NCBI GenBank assembly: GCA_030693205.1
Contig: JAUYBG010000010.1
Span: 66,059 to 130,058, forward strand
Reading direction: 5' to 3'
Origin: a bacterium
GTDB taxonomy: Bacteria; Patescibacteriota; Minisyncoccia; JAHIHE01
DNA length: 64,000 bases
How positions within the stretch are numbered: position 1 is the first letter of the stretch; each line of letters opens with the position of its first letter. A model generated the notes under the pieces. The model searched no databases. It was given only the letters and a program-made list of their open reading frames with translations, and was not told the origin of the DNA. Below are positions 18,801 through 27,912 of the stretch, piece after piece. The translations under genes and the position numbers were made by a program.

Positions 18801-19366
18801 GCTTTGTTGACTATCAGCTGTTCCGGCAGATTTGGATGGGGTTCAATTTCAAGATAAAAATTTTCATGGCCGAAAATATCTTCATATTCTCGGGCGAGTT
18901 TTTCGGCTTTTTCCCGGTCGTTGCCGAGAATTGCCTGGCCGATCTCGCCTTTAATGCAGGCGGAAAGGCCGATAATGCCTTTGGCATATTTTCTCAAAAT
19001 TTCCTTGTCAATTCTGGGCTTATAATAAAATCCGTCCAAATGGGCAATGGAATTCAACTTGATCAGATTTTTGTAGCCTTCCTGGTTTTTGGCCAGAAGC
19101 ACCAGATGATAGCGGATATCATCAACCCTCGGCTCTTTATCAGAGAGCTTTCTTTTGGCGACATAGCTTTCCATGCCGATTATCGGCTTAATGCCGGCGG
19201 CTGTGGCTTTTTTGTAAAATTCTATCGCGCCATACATTGAGCCGTGATCGGTGACGGCAAGGCTGGTCATTCCGAGTTTTTTGGCGCGTTCAATCAAAGG
19301 ATCGATCTGGATCATCCCGTCAAGAAGGCTATAGTGAGAATGGACGTGTAAATGCGTGAATTTCAT
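15821..19366 (-). CDS. dnaE: DNA polymerase III alpha subunit
   Basis: PHP HLHVHSHYSLLDG, RGSAAGS, PDIDMDF, KMDFLG, FNKAHA, OB fold; no intein seen. Confidence 0.98.
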   Translation of the reverse strand: MKFTHLHVHSHYSLLDGMIQIDPLIERAKKLGMTSLAVTDHGSMYGAIEFYKKATAAGIKPIIGMESYVAKRKLSDKEPRVDDIRYHLVLLAKNQEGYKNLIKLNSIAHLDGFYYKPRIDKEILRKYAKGIIGLSACIKGEIGQAILGNDREKAEKLAREYEDIFGHENFYLEIEPHPNLPEQLIVNKALIEISKKLNIPLVATNDAHYLLKEDAEAQDTLLCIQMNRKVTEKDRMSMLGEDFSFKTPEEMIEAMKETPEAIENTEKIAAMCDLAIELTARHFPAFPLPENYTVDQYLKRKTYEGLAGRNNIAVKPEDVFPEALHGKVDPKEIERIEYELGIVFQKKYSAYFLIVADFVNWSRTEGIISTTRGSAAGSFVSYCLAITNINPLKYNLPFERFLNPFRPSPPDIDMDFADDKRDKVIEYVTQKYGKDKVAQIVTFGTMAARASVRDVARALGIPYTKSDSIAKMIPMGSQGSTMTIDQAKKMTPSLGAAYKNDPEVKKILDLAEKLEGVARHASVHAAGVVISPTDLTDYLPLQKDPGGEKVITQYEMGAVEEVGLVKMDFLGIRNLSILGQAVKIVKGTKGITVDFQAIPMDDKKTFDLLTKGQTMGVFQLSGSGMTRYLKELKPTTIFDIMAMVALFRPGPMNSIPEFIARKHNPTLIKVLDPRMRSILDMSYGIITYQDDVLLIAINIAGYTWEEADKLRKAMGKKIAEEMARQKIKFTDGAIAGGMTKQKAQELFTLIEPFAAYGFNKAHAASYANVAYYTAYMKANFPAEFMAAVMTAESDDTEKIAEAVEECENMGIKVLPPDINESLKNFTYIDEKTIRFGLLAIKNIGEKFVENLVAERKAHGAFKNFEDILERLDPHELNKKSIEALAKTGAFDKFLPRHTIVENIEKILEYSHELHKNKSSMQASLFGDAAFSVSHLNLPSRELTADDKTAYLNWEKELMGLYVSGHPLARYSQYFKKIGIPIKDLKHKSEGSPVKIGAIINSVKKIMTKTNRLMVFAEIEDLTGKTEAVVFAKVLDKNPLVWTENNIVIITGKVNFRDNETKILVDEANIITEEKLKSHSDNTASGGNGSSGSDQANNRDGIYNPPNAPKIFIKISADWNKEKMTELKNMIAGAEKGINQVILNIESASGTKTLKTPYSVNYTPALQETLEKIVAKENIRIE

Positions 19367-19546
19367 AGGGTTGTTTAGTACACCTATTCTAACAAAAAAA
19401 CGGAATTAGGCAACCCCGTCGAATTTTAAAGAATAATATAATTTTAATTAAAAAATATTTTGTTTACTGTGTTAAAATTTTATTTAACGCGGTGGATAAC
19501 TTTTTTTGACAGAATTCCGTGATTAATCTATTATTACTTTGCAAGC

Positions 19547-19574
19547 TTGACATTTTAGGGATATAGGCTATAAT
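19547..19574 (+). promoter_or_regulatory. sigma70 promoter of the hicB/hicA-like pair
   Basis: TTGACA-16-TATAAT. Confidence 0.65.
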
Positions 19575-19600
19575 TTAAAGTCTAATACTAAATAAACATT

Positions 19601-19921
19601 ATGCTTAATCAAATATTTCGCTTTATTTATCCGCCTCTCTCTTCATTTGAAATAAGAAGAAAATATAATATTCCTGATAAATTTAATTTAACCGTTGAAT
19701 TAACTGTTGATGGCTTTTTTGTCTTAACTTCCGAGGAATTGCCCGGACTTATAACGGAAGCGAAAGACGGAAAAGAGCTTATTAAAATGTTCAACGATGC
19801 AGTGCTTACTTACTATGATGTTCCAAAACGCGAGGGCGATATTGCTTTTGAAAGATTAAACCTTGACGGCTATGGGACTTTTACCTTAAAAGCCGATAAT
19901 CGAGTTAAACAAGAAGCATAA
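19601..19921 (+). CDS. HicB-like antitoxin
   Basis: GFFVLTSEELPGLITEAKDGKELIKMFNDAV matches the HicB partial RNase H fold; stop overlaps next start (TAATG). Confidence 0.65.
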   Translation: MLNQIFRFIYPPLSSFEIRRKYNIPDKFNLTVELTVDGFFVLTSEELPGLITEAKDGKELIKMFNDAVLTYYDVPKREGDIAFERLNLDGYGTFTLKADNRVKQEA

Positions 19922-20178
19922 TGGGCAAACTTGATTTTAATCGAGATCAATGTATTAGAGCATTGATAAAAATAGGATTTAGAGATGGAAATAATCGTCG
20001 TGGCAATCACGACAAATTTTTAATACCGAAACATCTTGAAGGCACCAGAAACCCCAGCCAACCTCCTTTTATTGTTGTCCCCAGAAGCAGACAATTGCAT
20101 TGCCAATTCGCGATAATAAAAGAATTAAAGAAGCTTGGCGGTGAAGAACTGGCAGATAATTTTTTAAAAAACATTTAG
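19921..20178 (+). CDS. HicA-like toxin (dsRBD fold)
   Basis: IRALIKIGF...RGNHDKF...IVVP pattern, 85 aa, basic. Confidence 0.65.
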   Translation: MGKLDFNRDQCIRALIKIGFRDGNNRRGNHDKFLIPKHLEGTRNPSQPPFIVVPRSRQLHCQFAIIKELKKLGGEELADNFLKNI

Positions 20179-20328
20179 AAAAAATTAATTTTGTCTTAAT
20201 AAAAAAAGCGATTCAAAAAGGAGGATCGCCTTTTGTTTTATTGAAGATATTTATTTAAAATTCATCCTTCATTGTTTTAGCAGACTATTAAGAATACGGT
20301 GGGAACAGCATTAGTCCGCAAAAAATGA

Positions 20329-21081
20329 TCAGCTGTTATTGAATTTTCGCGGCGAAATTCCCTGGAGAATTTTAAAATCTTTTGAAACAAAAACCGCGAT
20401 GATCATCAGGGGAATGCTGAAATAGATCGCCGAGGTTTCTTTTGAAACGATGATAAAATAATTAAAAACGCCGTGCAAAATTATGGCAAAGGCGAAACCT
20501 TTGGCTATCAATAGACGCGGGTTTGCCGGGCATTGGTCGCGCTTGCAGAGCGAAAGAGCGTAATAGAATCCGATGATGGCTGACGCCAAAGTATGGAGAA
20601 AAGTGGCTCCAATAAAGCGAATTCCCAATATATAAAGAGGCAGAGCCGGGTCAAAGAAAAAAGCCGGCGAGAACAAAAGCATTACCATGATATTTTCCAC
20701 TGCCGCGAATCCCAGAGCCGCGACGATCATATAGATCATCGCGTCTTCGGGCTCGTCGAAAACAGGATTATGCTTCATTGCCAGGCGCACGACCAGATAT
20801 TTGAAAAATTCTTCTATTGCCGCGATGCCGATAAAAACAATCGCGAGATTTTTCGCGAAAGAGTTGAAGAAATCCGGCAAAGCTGAATTTAGAAAATTGA
20901 AAAATCCGATAGCTTGCCATTCAATGATGATCACCAAAGGCACGATGGCCATTCCGGCCAAGAATATCAGCAAAAGCCATTTTTTGGGCTCGGGATGGAT
21001 ATCTTTCCGCAAATAAAAAGCGAGCCAGACGATGCTGGGCAAAATTCCCAAAATAATCGCAAGAAAATAATTATATGGCAT
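20329..21081 (-). CDS. prsW: PrsW-family intramembrane glutamic protease
   Basis: D.HPEP, EE..K, GFA..EN, H, HG..N motifs. Confidence 0.9.
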   Translation of the reverse strand: MPYNYFLAIILGILPSIVWLAFYLRKDIHPEPKKWLLLIFLAGMAIVPLVIIIEWQAIGFFNFLNSALPDFFNSFAKNLAIVFIGIAAIEEFFKYLVVRLAMKHNPVFDEPEDAMIYMIVAALGFAAVENIMVMLLFSPAFFFDPALPLYILGIRFIGATFLHTLASAIIGFYYALSLCKRDQCPANPRLLIAKGFAFAIILHGVFNYFIIVSKETSAIYFSIPLMIIAVFVSKDFKILQGISPRKFNNS

Positions 21082-21250
21082 AAAATAATTTTAACTCCGC
21101 CAGTTGGCGGATTAACGCTTTAATATTTTAACATAAAAATTAACTAATGGACAATGAATTTGAAAAAATCTGGAAAAAATTCTTGACAAAAAATACCGTT
21201 GTGATAGTATTATTCACAAACAGTAAATTTAATAAATTATTAATAATTAA

Positions 21251-21281
21251 CCTGCCTTCGCTGAAGCTTCGGCGAGGCAAG
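21251..21281. repeat. Short hairpin element (CTTCGCTGAAGCTTCGGC type)
   Basis: cctgccttcgctgaagcttcggcgaggcaag. Related copies at 62645-62672 and 62684-62711. Confidence 0.6.
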
Positions 21282-21291
21282 CAATAAAAAT

Positions 21292-24200
21292 ATGAATACC
21301 CCCCCCGTTAGTTTAAAGAATAAGGTTTACCGAATTTTTAAACAATCATTTTTTATTATTTTCGCCGCGGCATTTTTAATGGGCGGTTTTTTTGTTGCCG
21401 ATAGCGCATTGGCAACTGGCGGAACGGTTTCGGTTATTGCGCAAAATTCGCAAGTAAACGTTTCAGCAGATGCCGTTAGCGGTTCAAGTGTCAGCGTAGG
21501 AACAATTACAATGACCGAAGGTAATAACGGAGCTTTTCAGTTGGGCACTATAACTTTGACGCCCCCGACAGGTTTTATATTTGATATAACGTCTATTGTA
21601 GACATTGAAATTATTGGCGATTCTTCTTTCGCTAATAATATTAATAATGCAGTAAGTGGAACGCATTTCTCAGCTTCTACCGTAGCATCTTTAATAAGTT
21701 TTAATATTATCGCGCCAAGCGCTAACAATAAAGCCGGCACATTGGTATGGTCAAATATAAAAGTAAAGCCGACATCTGGATCGCCTTTAGTTTCAGGTAG
21801 AATAACAATTGGCGGAACATCCGTGGCATCCCCTAACGCATATAATAATGTTTTTCCAATTTTATTAAATGAAGTTGCCGGTTATCCAAGTGTAAGTAAT
21901 TCAACTTTTGTCTGCAATCCTACAGTGCAAGCTGCAGGCGGTATATCTACTTGTAATATCACAGTAAGAGATCAGTTTAATAATTCAATATCAAGTGCTT
22001 CAGTTCTACTTTCGTCTACTGGTTCGGGTAATAATTTTAGTACCAATCCAGCTTTGACCGACGCAAATGGCAATACTACGATAACTTTGGGATCAGGTAC
22101 GGCAGAGACTAAGATTGTTACTGCAACTATTGACGGAAGTGTGATTCTACCGACGCAATTGATCATATTTTATGTTAGCACTCCAACCCAAGCACATATT
22201 GTTGCAATTCCAAATACTCAAGAAGCAAGTTTAAGTGGTAGCAGTGTTAATTTAACTATCAGTATTACTGATCAGCATGGTAATCCAGCCAATGATGGTA
22301 TTGTGGTAAATGTCTCCGGTATTCCGAGCACGTTAGGTACCGTTACAGTTACTGGAAGTGGAAATACAGCAAGTGGTCAGGTAACACGTGTTTTAACTTT
22401 TAATAATAAAGGCGATATTACTTTGACAGTTAATATTTCATCTATAGGTAATCTTGCCTTGACTGGTGATAGTATTGTTCATTTTGTTGATACAATCAAA
22501 CCGGTAATTACTATTATACTTCCAAATCCAGCCGAGGTTGAATATCGCGGCACGTATTCAGATGCGGGCGCTACAGCTTTTGATAATATAGATGGAAATA
22601 TTACCAGCAGTATTATGGCTATCAATCTAGTTAACCCAAATACTATAAATGTAGTACCGAATTCGATTACAAAAATCGTTGGAGTTTATACGGTTACTTA
22701 CAATGTTTCTGATAGCGTTCCAAACGCCGCTGATCCCGCAGTAAGAACCGTCAATGTATTGGACAGAATTGCTCCGATAATTACTTCCATCACTTCTGAC
22801 GCTACGGCAGAAGGAGCTTTAAAAATTGGCAATACGATTACTTTTACTCTTACCCCAACTCCCGCAGAACCAGTTGCTACAGTAAGCGGTTCCTACAATG
22901 GACATTCTTTAACCTGGTCTACTGTTAATAGCGGGGTAACCTATACCGCAACTTATACTGTAATTGAGGGTGACACAGACCGAATTTCGCCATGGCAAAT
23001 TACCGGCGTGATAATGACCGATGAAGCTGGCAACATAAGTGTTTCTGCAAACGGCACTGATGTAGTAAAGACGATTGATGCGAATACTCCTTCAATTCCG
23101 AGTGTGTTGGTTGCCGCTGGTCCGTACATCAACGCCGCAGAAGAATTGGCGGGATTTACGACGATGGTTTCTTACAACACGACACTTTCCAACGGCGCCA
23201 AAGCAGGCGACACGCTCGAGTTGTGGCTCAACGGTGCGCCGTTTATGATTGCGAAGACTGTCGTACTTTCAGCGAGCGACATTACTGCAGGTTCGTATAG
23301 TTTCACTATCATTACCGACGAGTTGGGCGCAGACGGCGTAAAGTTGCTGACCGCACGGCTCACGGATGTTGCAGGCAATGTGGGATTATGGAGTGCGTCT
23401 CTCGTTCTCACGCTCGACACAGGTATTCCGTCTGTACCCTCGGCACCGGATCTCGATGCGGCATCAGACCTTGGTCTATCAGATACCGACAATATTACCA
23501 ACGACAACACGCCGTCCTTTAACGGCACGGCTGAAGCAGGTTCAACAGTGAAGCTCTACGATGGCGCAACTGAAATCGGAAACGGCACGGCAACGGGAGG
23601 AGGGGCGTGGAGCATCATTTCTACTCTTCTTGTGGACGGTGCACACACCATTACCGCGACCGCGACGGATGCCGCAGGCAACACGAGCGGTGCGTCTGAA
23701 TCACTTTCTGTCACGATTGATACGGAACTTGTCGCGCTCTCCTTGACCTCCACTGCACCAAATCCGACAAAAGCATCTCCGATTTTGATAACCGCACAAT
23801 TTACACAAGATGTAAACGGTTTTGAAGTTGGTGATATTGTCGTTACTAATGGAGCGGTTGGTACTTTTGTCAAAGTTAATGCTAGTACCTATCAGTTTGA
23901 TGTAATACCCGCTGGACAAGGCGCGGTGACGGTCAATATCGCGGCAGGAGTCGCACATGATACAGCTGGCAACGGCAATACAGTAGCGACCGGACTCTCT
24001 CGCATCTACGACACGATAAACCCGACGGTTACATTGGTGGCGCTCTCTGATCTCGACGCGCTTGTGAAGCAAGGTGATACGCTAATAATCACGGCGACAT
24101 TCAGCGAAGACATGGCGCTCTCGCCGGTGCCAACGATAGAACTTACTGGCACCAATACAGTTGCACCTGTCGCAATGACGCGCACTAGTGCGACCAACTA

Positions 24201-25911
24201 CACTTACTCTCACACAGTCGGCGCCGGAGATGGTTTAGTAACTATCATTATTGCTGGTGGCACTGACCTTGCGACAAACACATTGATTATTAACTCCGCC
24301 ACGACATTTACCGTAGACAATACCCTGCCGGTGATTGCGTCGAGCGATCCGATAAATACTGTTGCAAATGCGATAGGAGGCGCGACTGTTTTTTATACGA
24401 CTCCGATTGCAACTGACCTTTATCCTGTAAATCCTGTAGTCACTTGTCTGCCTGCATCGGGTGCATTCTTTGTTCTTGGGAATACAATCGTAACCTGCAA
24501 TGCAACTGACCAAGCGGGAAATATCGCAATTCCAATGACATTTAATGTTATGGTTAATCCTGACACAGTAACGCATATAATTTTGATTGCCTCACCGACG
24601 AGTTTAGCTTTCAGCCAGACAAGCTTAATCACTATTACGGGAAAAGATCAATACGATAATACAGTAACTAATAACGATTCAACCGTAATTGTTCTTTCCG
24701 CTGACGGTGGCGGAAGTCTTGGCGATACAATTTTAACTTTATCAGAAGGTGTGGCAACAACAAACCTTTCTAAAGATTCAGTTGGTATAGTTCACGTTAC
24801 AGCATCCAGCGTTGGATTAAGTCCGCAAGCAGTGACAGTTACATTTACTAAAACCGATACCAGCAGTCCATATGTGGAAAGCCATACTCCAGTTAATGGA
24901 GCTACAGGCGTCGCTTTAAATATTCATCCGGTTTTAATATTTTCTGAACCACTAGACACTACCACAGTAAGTTCAGCCAATATTCAATTACGTAAATACA
25001 GTGATAATTCAGTGATACTAGCAAACGTTTCTCCTGCAGAGGGAGACAGACAGGTAATTATTACTCCAGCAAGTTCTTTGGATTTTAGCACCTCATACTA
25101 CCTTGCAGTTTCAGCTGGCGTAACAGATAAAGTGGGCAATCCAGCAGTAGTGTTAGACAATAGCACCAAAGGCAATCATATGTTTACCACGCTAGTTGAT
25201 AACACTGTTTTAGCGGTAACATATATTTCTGCGGTTGCAAACGCACACGGCTCAACAGGATTTGCCATAGCAAATAACACCTTTGAGGATGGCTGGGCGT
25301 GGATATTCTATATCACTGTCCCTACAAATGAGACTGCTTTCGCAATGAAATTTGCTGATTGGACAAGCGTTTTGCCAAATACAATTCCTGTTGCCAATAA
25401 TGTCAGATATTCTTCAGTACAGGCGAGTAATGGTCCATTTGAAATTACCGAAGCAAATGAGCTTGGTGGATATCTAAATCTGACAGGCGATTTGTTCCCT
25501 GGAATTGCAGGCAGGCAAATTGAAATTTTAGTTGAAGCAAAAATACCGCTACTTTCGGCTGGAGGATCTTACTCAACAAGCTATGGCATACAAACAAATC
25601 CTGCAATTGCTCAAGCCACGGACGCAGAAAATGTCGCTGCCGCCCAAGCCGCTGTGACCGCACTGGCACAACCTTGGTCCCCAATCTATAATAATAATCG
25701 GAATATTATCACGGACCTGCAGGCGATAGTTGACGCAGTTTCAACCGGCGTAACAGTAACGATTAAAACAACCAATAACTCGCAAATTTCAATAGATGGT
25801 GCCATTGCATACCCGGGAGTGGCAGTTACCGGAAACGTAATATTTACCTTAACCAAAGGCACAGAAATTGTAGATCAGACAATTTCAGTGATTATTTATC
25901 CTCTCGGCTAA
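21292..25911 (+). CDS. Large secreted Ig-like repeat surface protein (Big_1-like, DUF5011, bacterial Ig, HYR, Big_5/SbsA-like modules)
   Basis: Signal peptide; DQFNN/DAAGN turns; EYRGTYSDAGATAFDNIDG; DLDAASDLGLSDTDNITND; TCLPASG..F.LG.T.VTC; P.NGATGV...FSEPLD. Promoter TTGACA-16-TAGTAT at 21183-21210. Confidence 0.85.
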   Translation: MNTPPVSLKNKVYRIFKQSFFIIFAAAFLMGGFFVADSALATGGTVSVIAQNSQVNVSADAVSGSSVSVGTITMTEGNNGAFQLGTITLTPPTGFIFDITSIVDIEIIGDSSFANNINNAVSGTHFSASTVASLISFNIIAPSANNKAGTLVWSNIKVKPTSGSPLVSGRITIGGTSVASPNAYNNVFPILLNEVAGYPSVSNSTFVCNPTVQAAGGISTCNITVRDQFNNSISSASVLLSSTGSGNNFSTNPALTDANGNTTITLGSGTAETKIVTATIDGSVILPTQLIIFYVSTPTQAHIVAIPNTQEASLSGSSVNLTISITDQHGNPANDGIVVNVSGIPSTLGTVTVTGSGNTASGQVTRVLTFNNKGDITLTVNISSIGNLALTGDSIVHFVDTIKPVITIILPNPAEVEYRGTYSDAGATAFDNIDGNITSSIMAINLVNPNTINVVPNSITKIVGVYTVTYNVSDSVPNAADPAVRTVNVLDRIAPIITSITSDATAEGALKIGNTITFTLTPTPAEPVATVSGSYNGHSLTWSTVNSGVTYTATYTVIEGDTDRISPWQITGVIMTDEAGNISVSANGTDVVKTIDANTPSIPSVLVAAGPYINAAEELAGFTTMVSYNTTLSNGAKAGDTLELWLNGAPFMIAKTVVLSASDITAGSYSFTIITDELGADGVKLLTARLTDVAGNVGLWSASLVLTLDTGIPSVPSAPDLDAASDLGLSDTDNITNDNTPSFNGTAEAGSTVKLYDGATEIGNGTATGGGAWSIISTLLVDGAHTITATATDAAGNTSGASESLSVTIDTELVALSLTSTAPNPTKASPILITAQFTQDVNGFEVGDIVVTNGAVGTFVKVNASTYQFDVIPAGQGAVTVNIAAGVAHDTAGNGNTVATGLSRIYDTINPTVTLVALSDLDALVKQGDTLIITATFSEDMALSPVPTIELTGTNTVAPVAMTRTSATNYTYSHTVGAGDGLVTIIIAGGTDLATNTLIINSATTFTVDNTLPVIASSDPINTVANAIGGATVFYTTPIATDLYPVNPVVTCLPASGAFFVLGNTIVTCNATDQAGNIAIPMTFNVMVNPDTVTHIILIASPTSLAFSQTSLITITGKDQYDNTVTNNDSTVIVLSADGGGSLGDTILTLSEGVATTNLSKDSVGIVHVTASSVGLSPQAVTVTFTKTDTSSPYVESHTPVNGATGVALNIHPVLIFSEPLDTTTVSSANIQLRKYSDNSVILANVSPAEGDRQVIITPASSLDFSTSYYLAVSAGVTDKVGNPAVVLDNSTKGNHMFTTLVDNTVLAVTYISAVANAHGSTGFAIANNTFEDGWAWIFYITVPTNETAFAMKFADWTSVLPNTIPVANNVRYSSVQASNGPFEITEANELGGYLNLTGDLFPGIAGRQIEILVEAKIPLLSAGGSYSTSYGIQTNPAIAQATDAENVAAAQAAVTALAQPWSPIYNNNRNIITDLQAIVDAVSTGVTVTIKTTNNSQISIDGAIAYPGVAVTGNVIFTLTKGTEIVDQTISVIIYPLG

Positions 25912-25944
25912 TGGAGATTAAAAGTGTAACAAAAAACTACAATT

Positions 25945-26568
25945 ATGAAAAATTTAATAAAAATTATATCTGTGATATTTCTGGCGTTGTTTTACGCGGT
26001 TAATTTTGCTTCAGCTTCAACAACAGGCGGTAATTTAAACACAGGAATAGACACGGGAATTGGTGGAACTGTTATTGTAAATCCAACTGCAAATGTGCCG
26101 TCTGGAATATATACATCGGTGCAATATGTCAGCTTGGCGGCAATAGGTTCTTTAAGCGTTTACTATACAACTAATGGAGATGCGCCCATTTGTTTAGCCT
26201 CAAGCATTTATTCAGCTCCGATAGTTATTTCCGCAACGTCAACCTTAGAAGCAATTGCTTGTTATGCAAATAGTATTACATCAAGTATCTCTTCGTTTCC
26301 TTATGTGATTAATTTGCCTACTACTCCCACGCCTAGCCCAACTCCCACGCCAGTACAGCAATCTTCAGGTGGCGGAGGAGGTTCATATACCCCTCCCCCA
26401 ACATCCAAAACGGGCGACATTGATGGCAATGGCAAAGTTGATAAATATGATTTTGCTATGCTGATGGCATCTTGGGATCAAACCGGATCAAATTCATCTG
26501 ATTTAAATCACGATAATAAAGTTGATAAATATGACTTCGCTTTATTAATGTTAAACTGGGGTAAATAA
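25945..26568 (+). CDS. Secreted protein: Fn3-associated (chitobiase C-terminal-like) domain + P/T linker + C-terminal dockerin
   Basis: VYYTTNG..P...S..YSAPI; duplicated Ca-loop/helix GDIDGNGKVDKYDFAML...SDLNHDNKVDKYDFALL. Confidence 0.8.
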   Translation: MKNLIKIISVIFLALFYAVNFASASTTGGNLNTGIDTGIGGTVIVNPTANVPSGIYTSVQYVSLAAIGSLSVYYTTNGDAPICLASSIYSAPIVISATSTLEAIACYANSITSSISSFPYVINLPTTPTPSPTPTPVQQSSGGGGGSYTPPPTSKTGDIDGNGKVDKYDFAMLMASWDQTGSNSSDLNHDNKVDKYDFALLMLNWGK

Positions 26569-26577
26569 AACAAAAAT

Positions 26578-27369
26578 ATGAAAAACACCAAAACAAAAAT
26601 TATATTATCAGCGATTATCTTTTTGTCAGTTGCCGGTTTTGCCGGAATAGTTGCCGCCGCGGGTTCTTCCGTGTATGTTTCCCCGGCAAGCTTGACCAAA
26701 ACCGTCGGGGACATTTTTAGCGTGTCCGCAGGAGTTAGCACTTCGGGAAGCAAAGTTTGCGCTGTTGAGGGGAGATTAGTTTTTAACAATCTGTCTTGCC
26801 AAAGCATAACTGTGGACGGAAATGTCACTCCGCAATCTGTGCCTACTTGTTCAAATCCATATTTTTTAATTGGCGTGCCAAGCTGTTCAACAGCAGATAA
26901 GGTATTGTTTACAGTGTCAGCCAAGGCCGGAAGCGCCGGCACAGCCTCTATTAGCTTCACAGGCGTTGATATAATAGGCGAAGGTGTGTCAGTTGGCACA
27001 GCTTCGGTAAGTGGAAATTATACGATCAATGCTATTCTAACAGCAACCTTAACACCAGCGCCGACAACTGCGCCAAAAACCGCATCAACACCAACGCCCA
27101 AATCTATGCCCAAATCAACGGTCACGCCGACTTCTACGCCTACTCCGGTTTCAGACGAACAGCCTTCTGTATTAACTCCAACCCCGACTCCATTACCTCA
27201 AACAGTGTCAAACGAACAGCCTCCGAAACAATCTTCGTTCATGGCGGCAGTTAGTAGTGTCTTCACTCTGGGAACTGGAAATATCTGGGTAAGTCTTTTA
27301 ATTCTATTGATCATCGGCGGTGTAATTTATTACTTTATTCGAAGAGAGCGCCGCAAGAACTTGGAGTAA
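26578..27369 (+). CDS. Cohesin-like domain + P/T/S linker + C-terminal TM anchor
   Basis: VYVSPAS....GDIFSV.....AVEG.L.F...LFTV..KA..AGTASISF; TM helix followed by RRERRK. Confidence 0.7.
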   Translation: MKNTKTKIILSAIIFLSVAGFAGIVAAAGSSVYVSPASLTKTVGDIFSVSAGVSTSGSKVCAVEGRLVFNNLSCQSITVDGNVTPQSVPTCSNPYFLIGVPSCSTADKVLFTVSAKAGSAGTASISFTGVDIIGEGVSVGTASVSGNYTINAILTATLTPAPTTAPKTASTPTPKSMPKSTVTPTSTPTPVSDEQPSVLTPTPTPLPQTVSNEQPPKQSSFMAAVSSVFTLGTGNIWVSLLILLIIGGVIYYFIRRERRKNLE

Positions 27370-27380
27370 ACTCGTTATAA

Positions 27381-27412
27381 AAAACTCCCGCGATCAATAT
27401 TGCGGGAGTTTT
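27381..27412 (+). terminator. Intrinsic terminator (possibly bidirectional)
   Basis: aaaactcccgcg-atcaatat-tgcgggagtttt. Confidence 0.75.
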
Positions 27413-27684
27413 GATTTGTCGATAACCCCTTGCTTTTTTACGGAAAAGTAGTAAGCTATGTTTATTGTTGTACGCAACAAAAGGAGGTAATAAAGGTACG
27501 GCAATAAAACTAAAACATTCCTTGAGGCTTATGGCACTATTAAGCCTCGGTTTATTCTCACTAACATTAAATAATGTTGAAAAAGTTGAGAAAATACCCA
27601 TTTCCGTATATCCTATTGTGGGATTATTAATTATGTATGGTATATATATTAACGGAAAAAAAAGTCCTGACACATGCGCTGAAA

Positions 27685-27831
27685 AAAAATAAATTTCAGC
27701 GCTGTTTTTTTTGCGATTAAAGATTTTTCTATACATATATAAAGATAATATAACTAAGCGGATATTGCAAAATATTTGATATTATAATCTTCCTGTGTTA
27801 GAATGAAAATATAATTGTTAAAATAATTTAT
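27685..27831 (+). repeat. ~146-bp direct repeat, copy 1 (promoter/leader-like)
   Basis: Near-identical to 29544-29690 (ctatacatatataaagataatataa.taagcggatattgcaaaatatttgatattataatcttc...). Confidence 0.9.
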
Positions 27832-27840
27832 TAATTAAAT

Positions 27841-27902
27841 TTACCCCGGTTAAATAAATTGCTATGCAATTTAAAATTCTAGTGAATTTTATTTAACGGG
27901 GC
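27841..27902. repeat. CCCCGTTA-ended miniature element (gene-less copy)
   Basis: ttaccccggttaaata + two internal hairpins + tatttaacggggc. Confidence 0.8.
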
Positions 27903-27912
27903 AGGAAAAACT

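Noticed and set aside
27465-27692. 75-aa ORF containing a strong AAGGAGGT site
   Set aside because: The RBS-like site is followed by ACG rather than ATG and no family is recognisable. At most a decayed gene.
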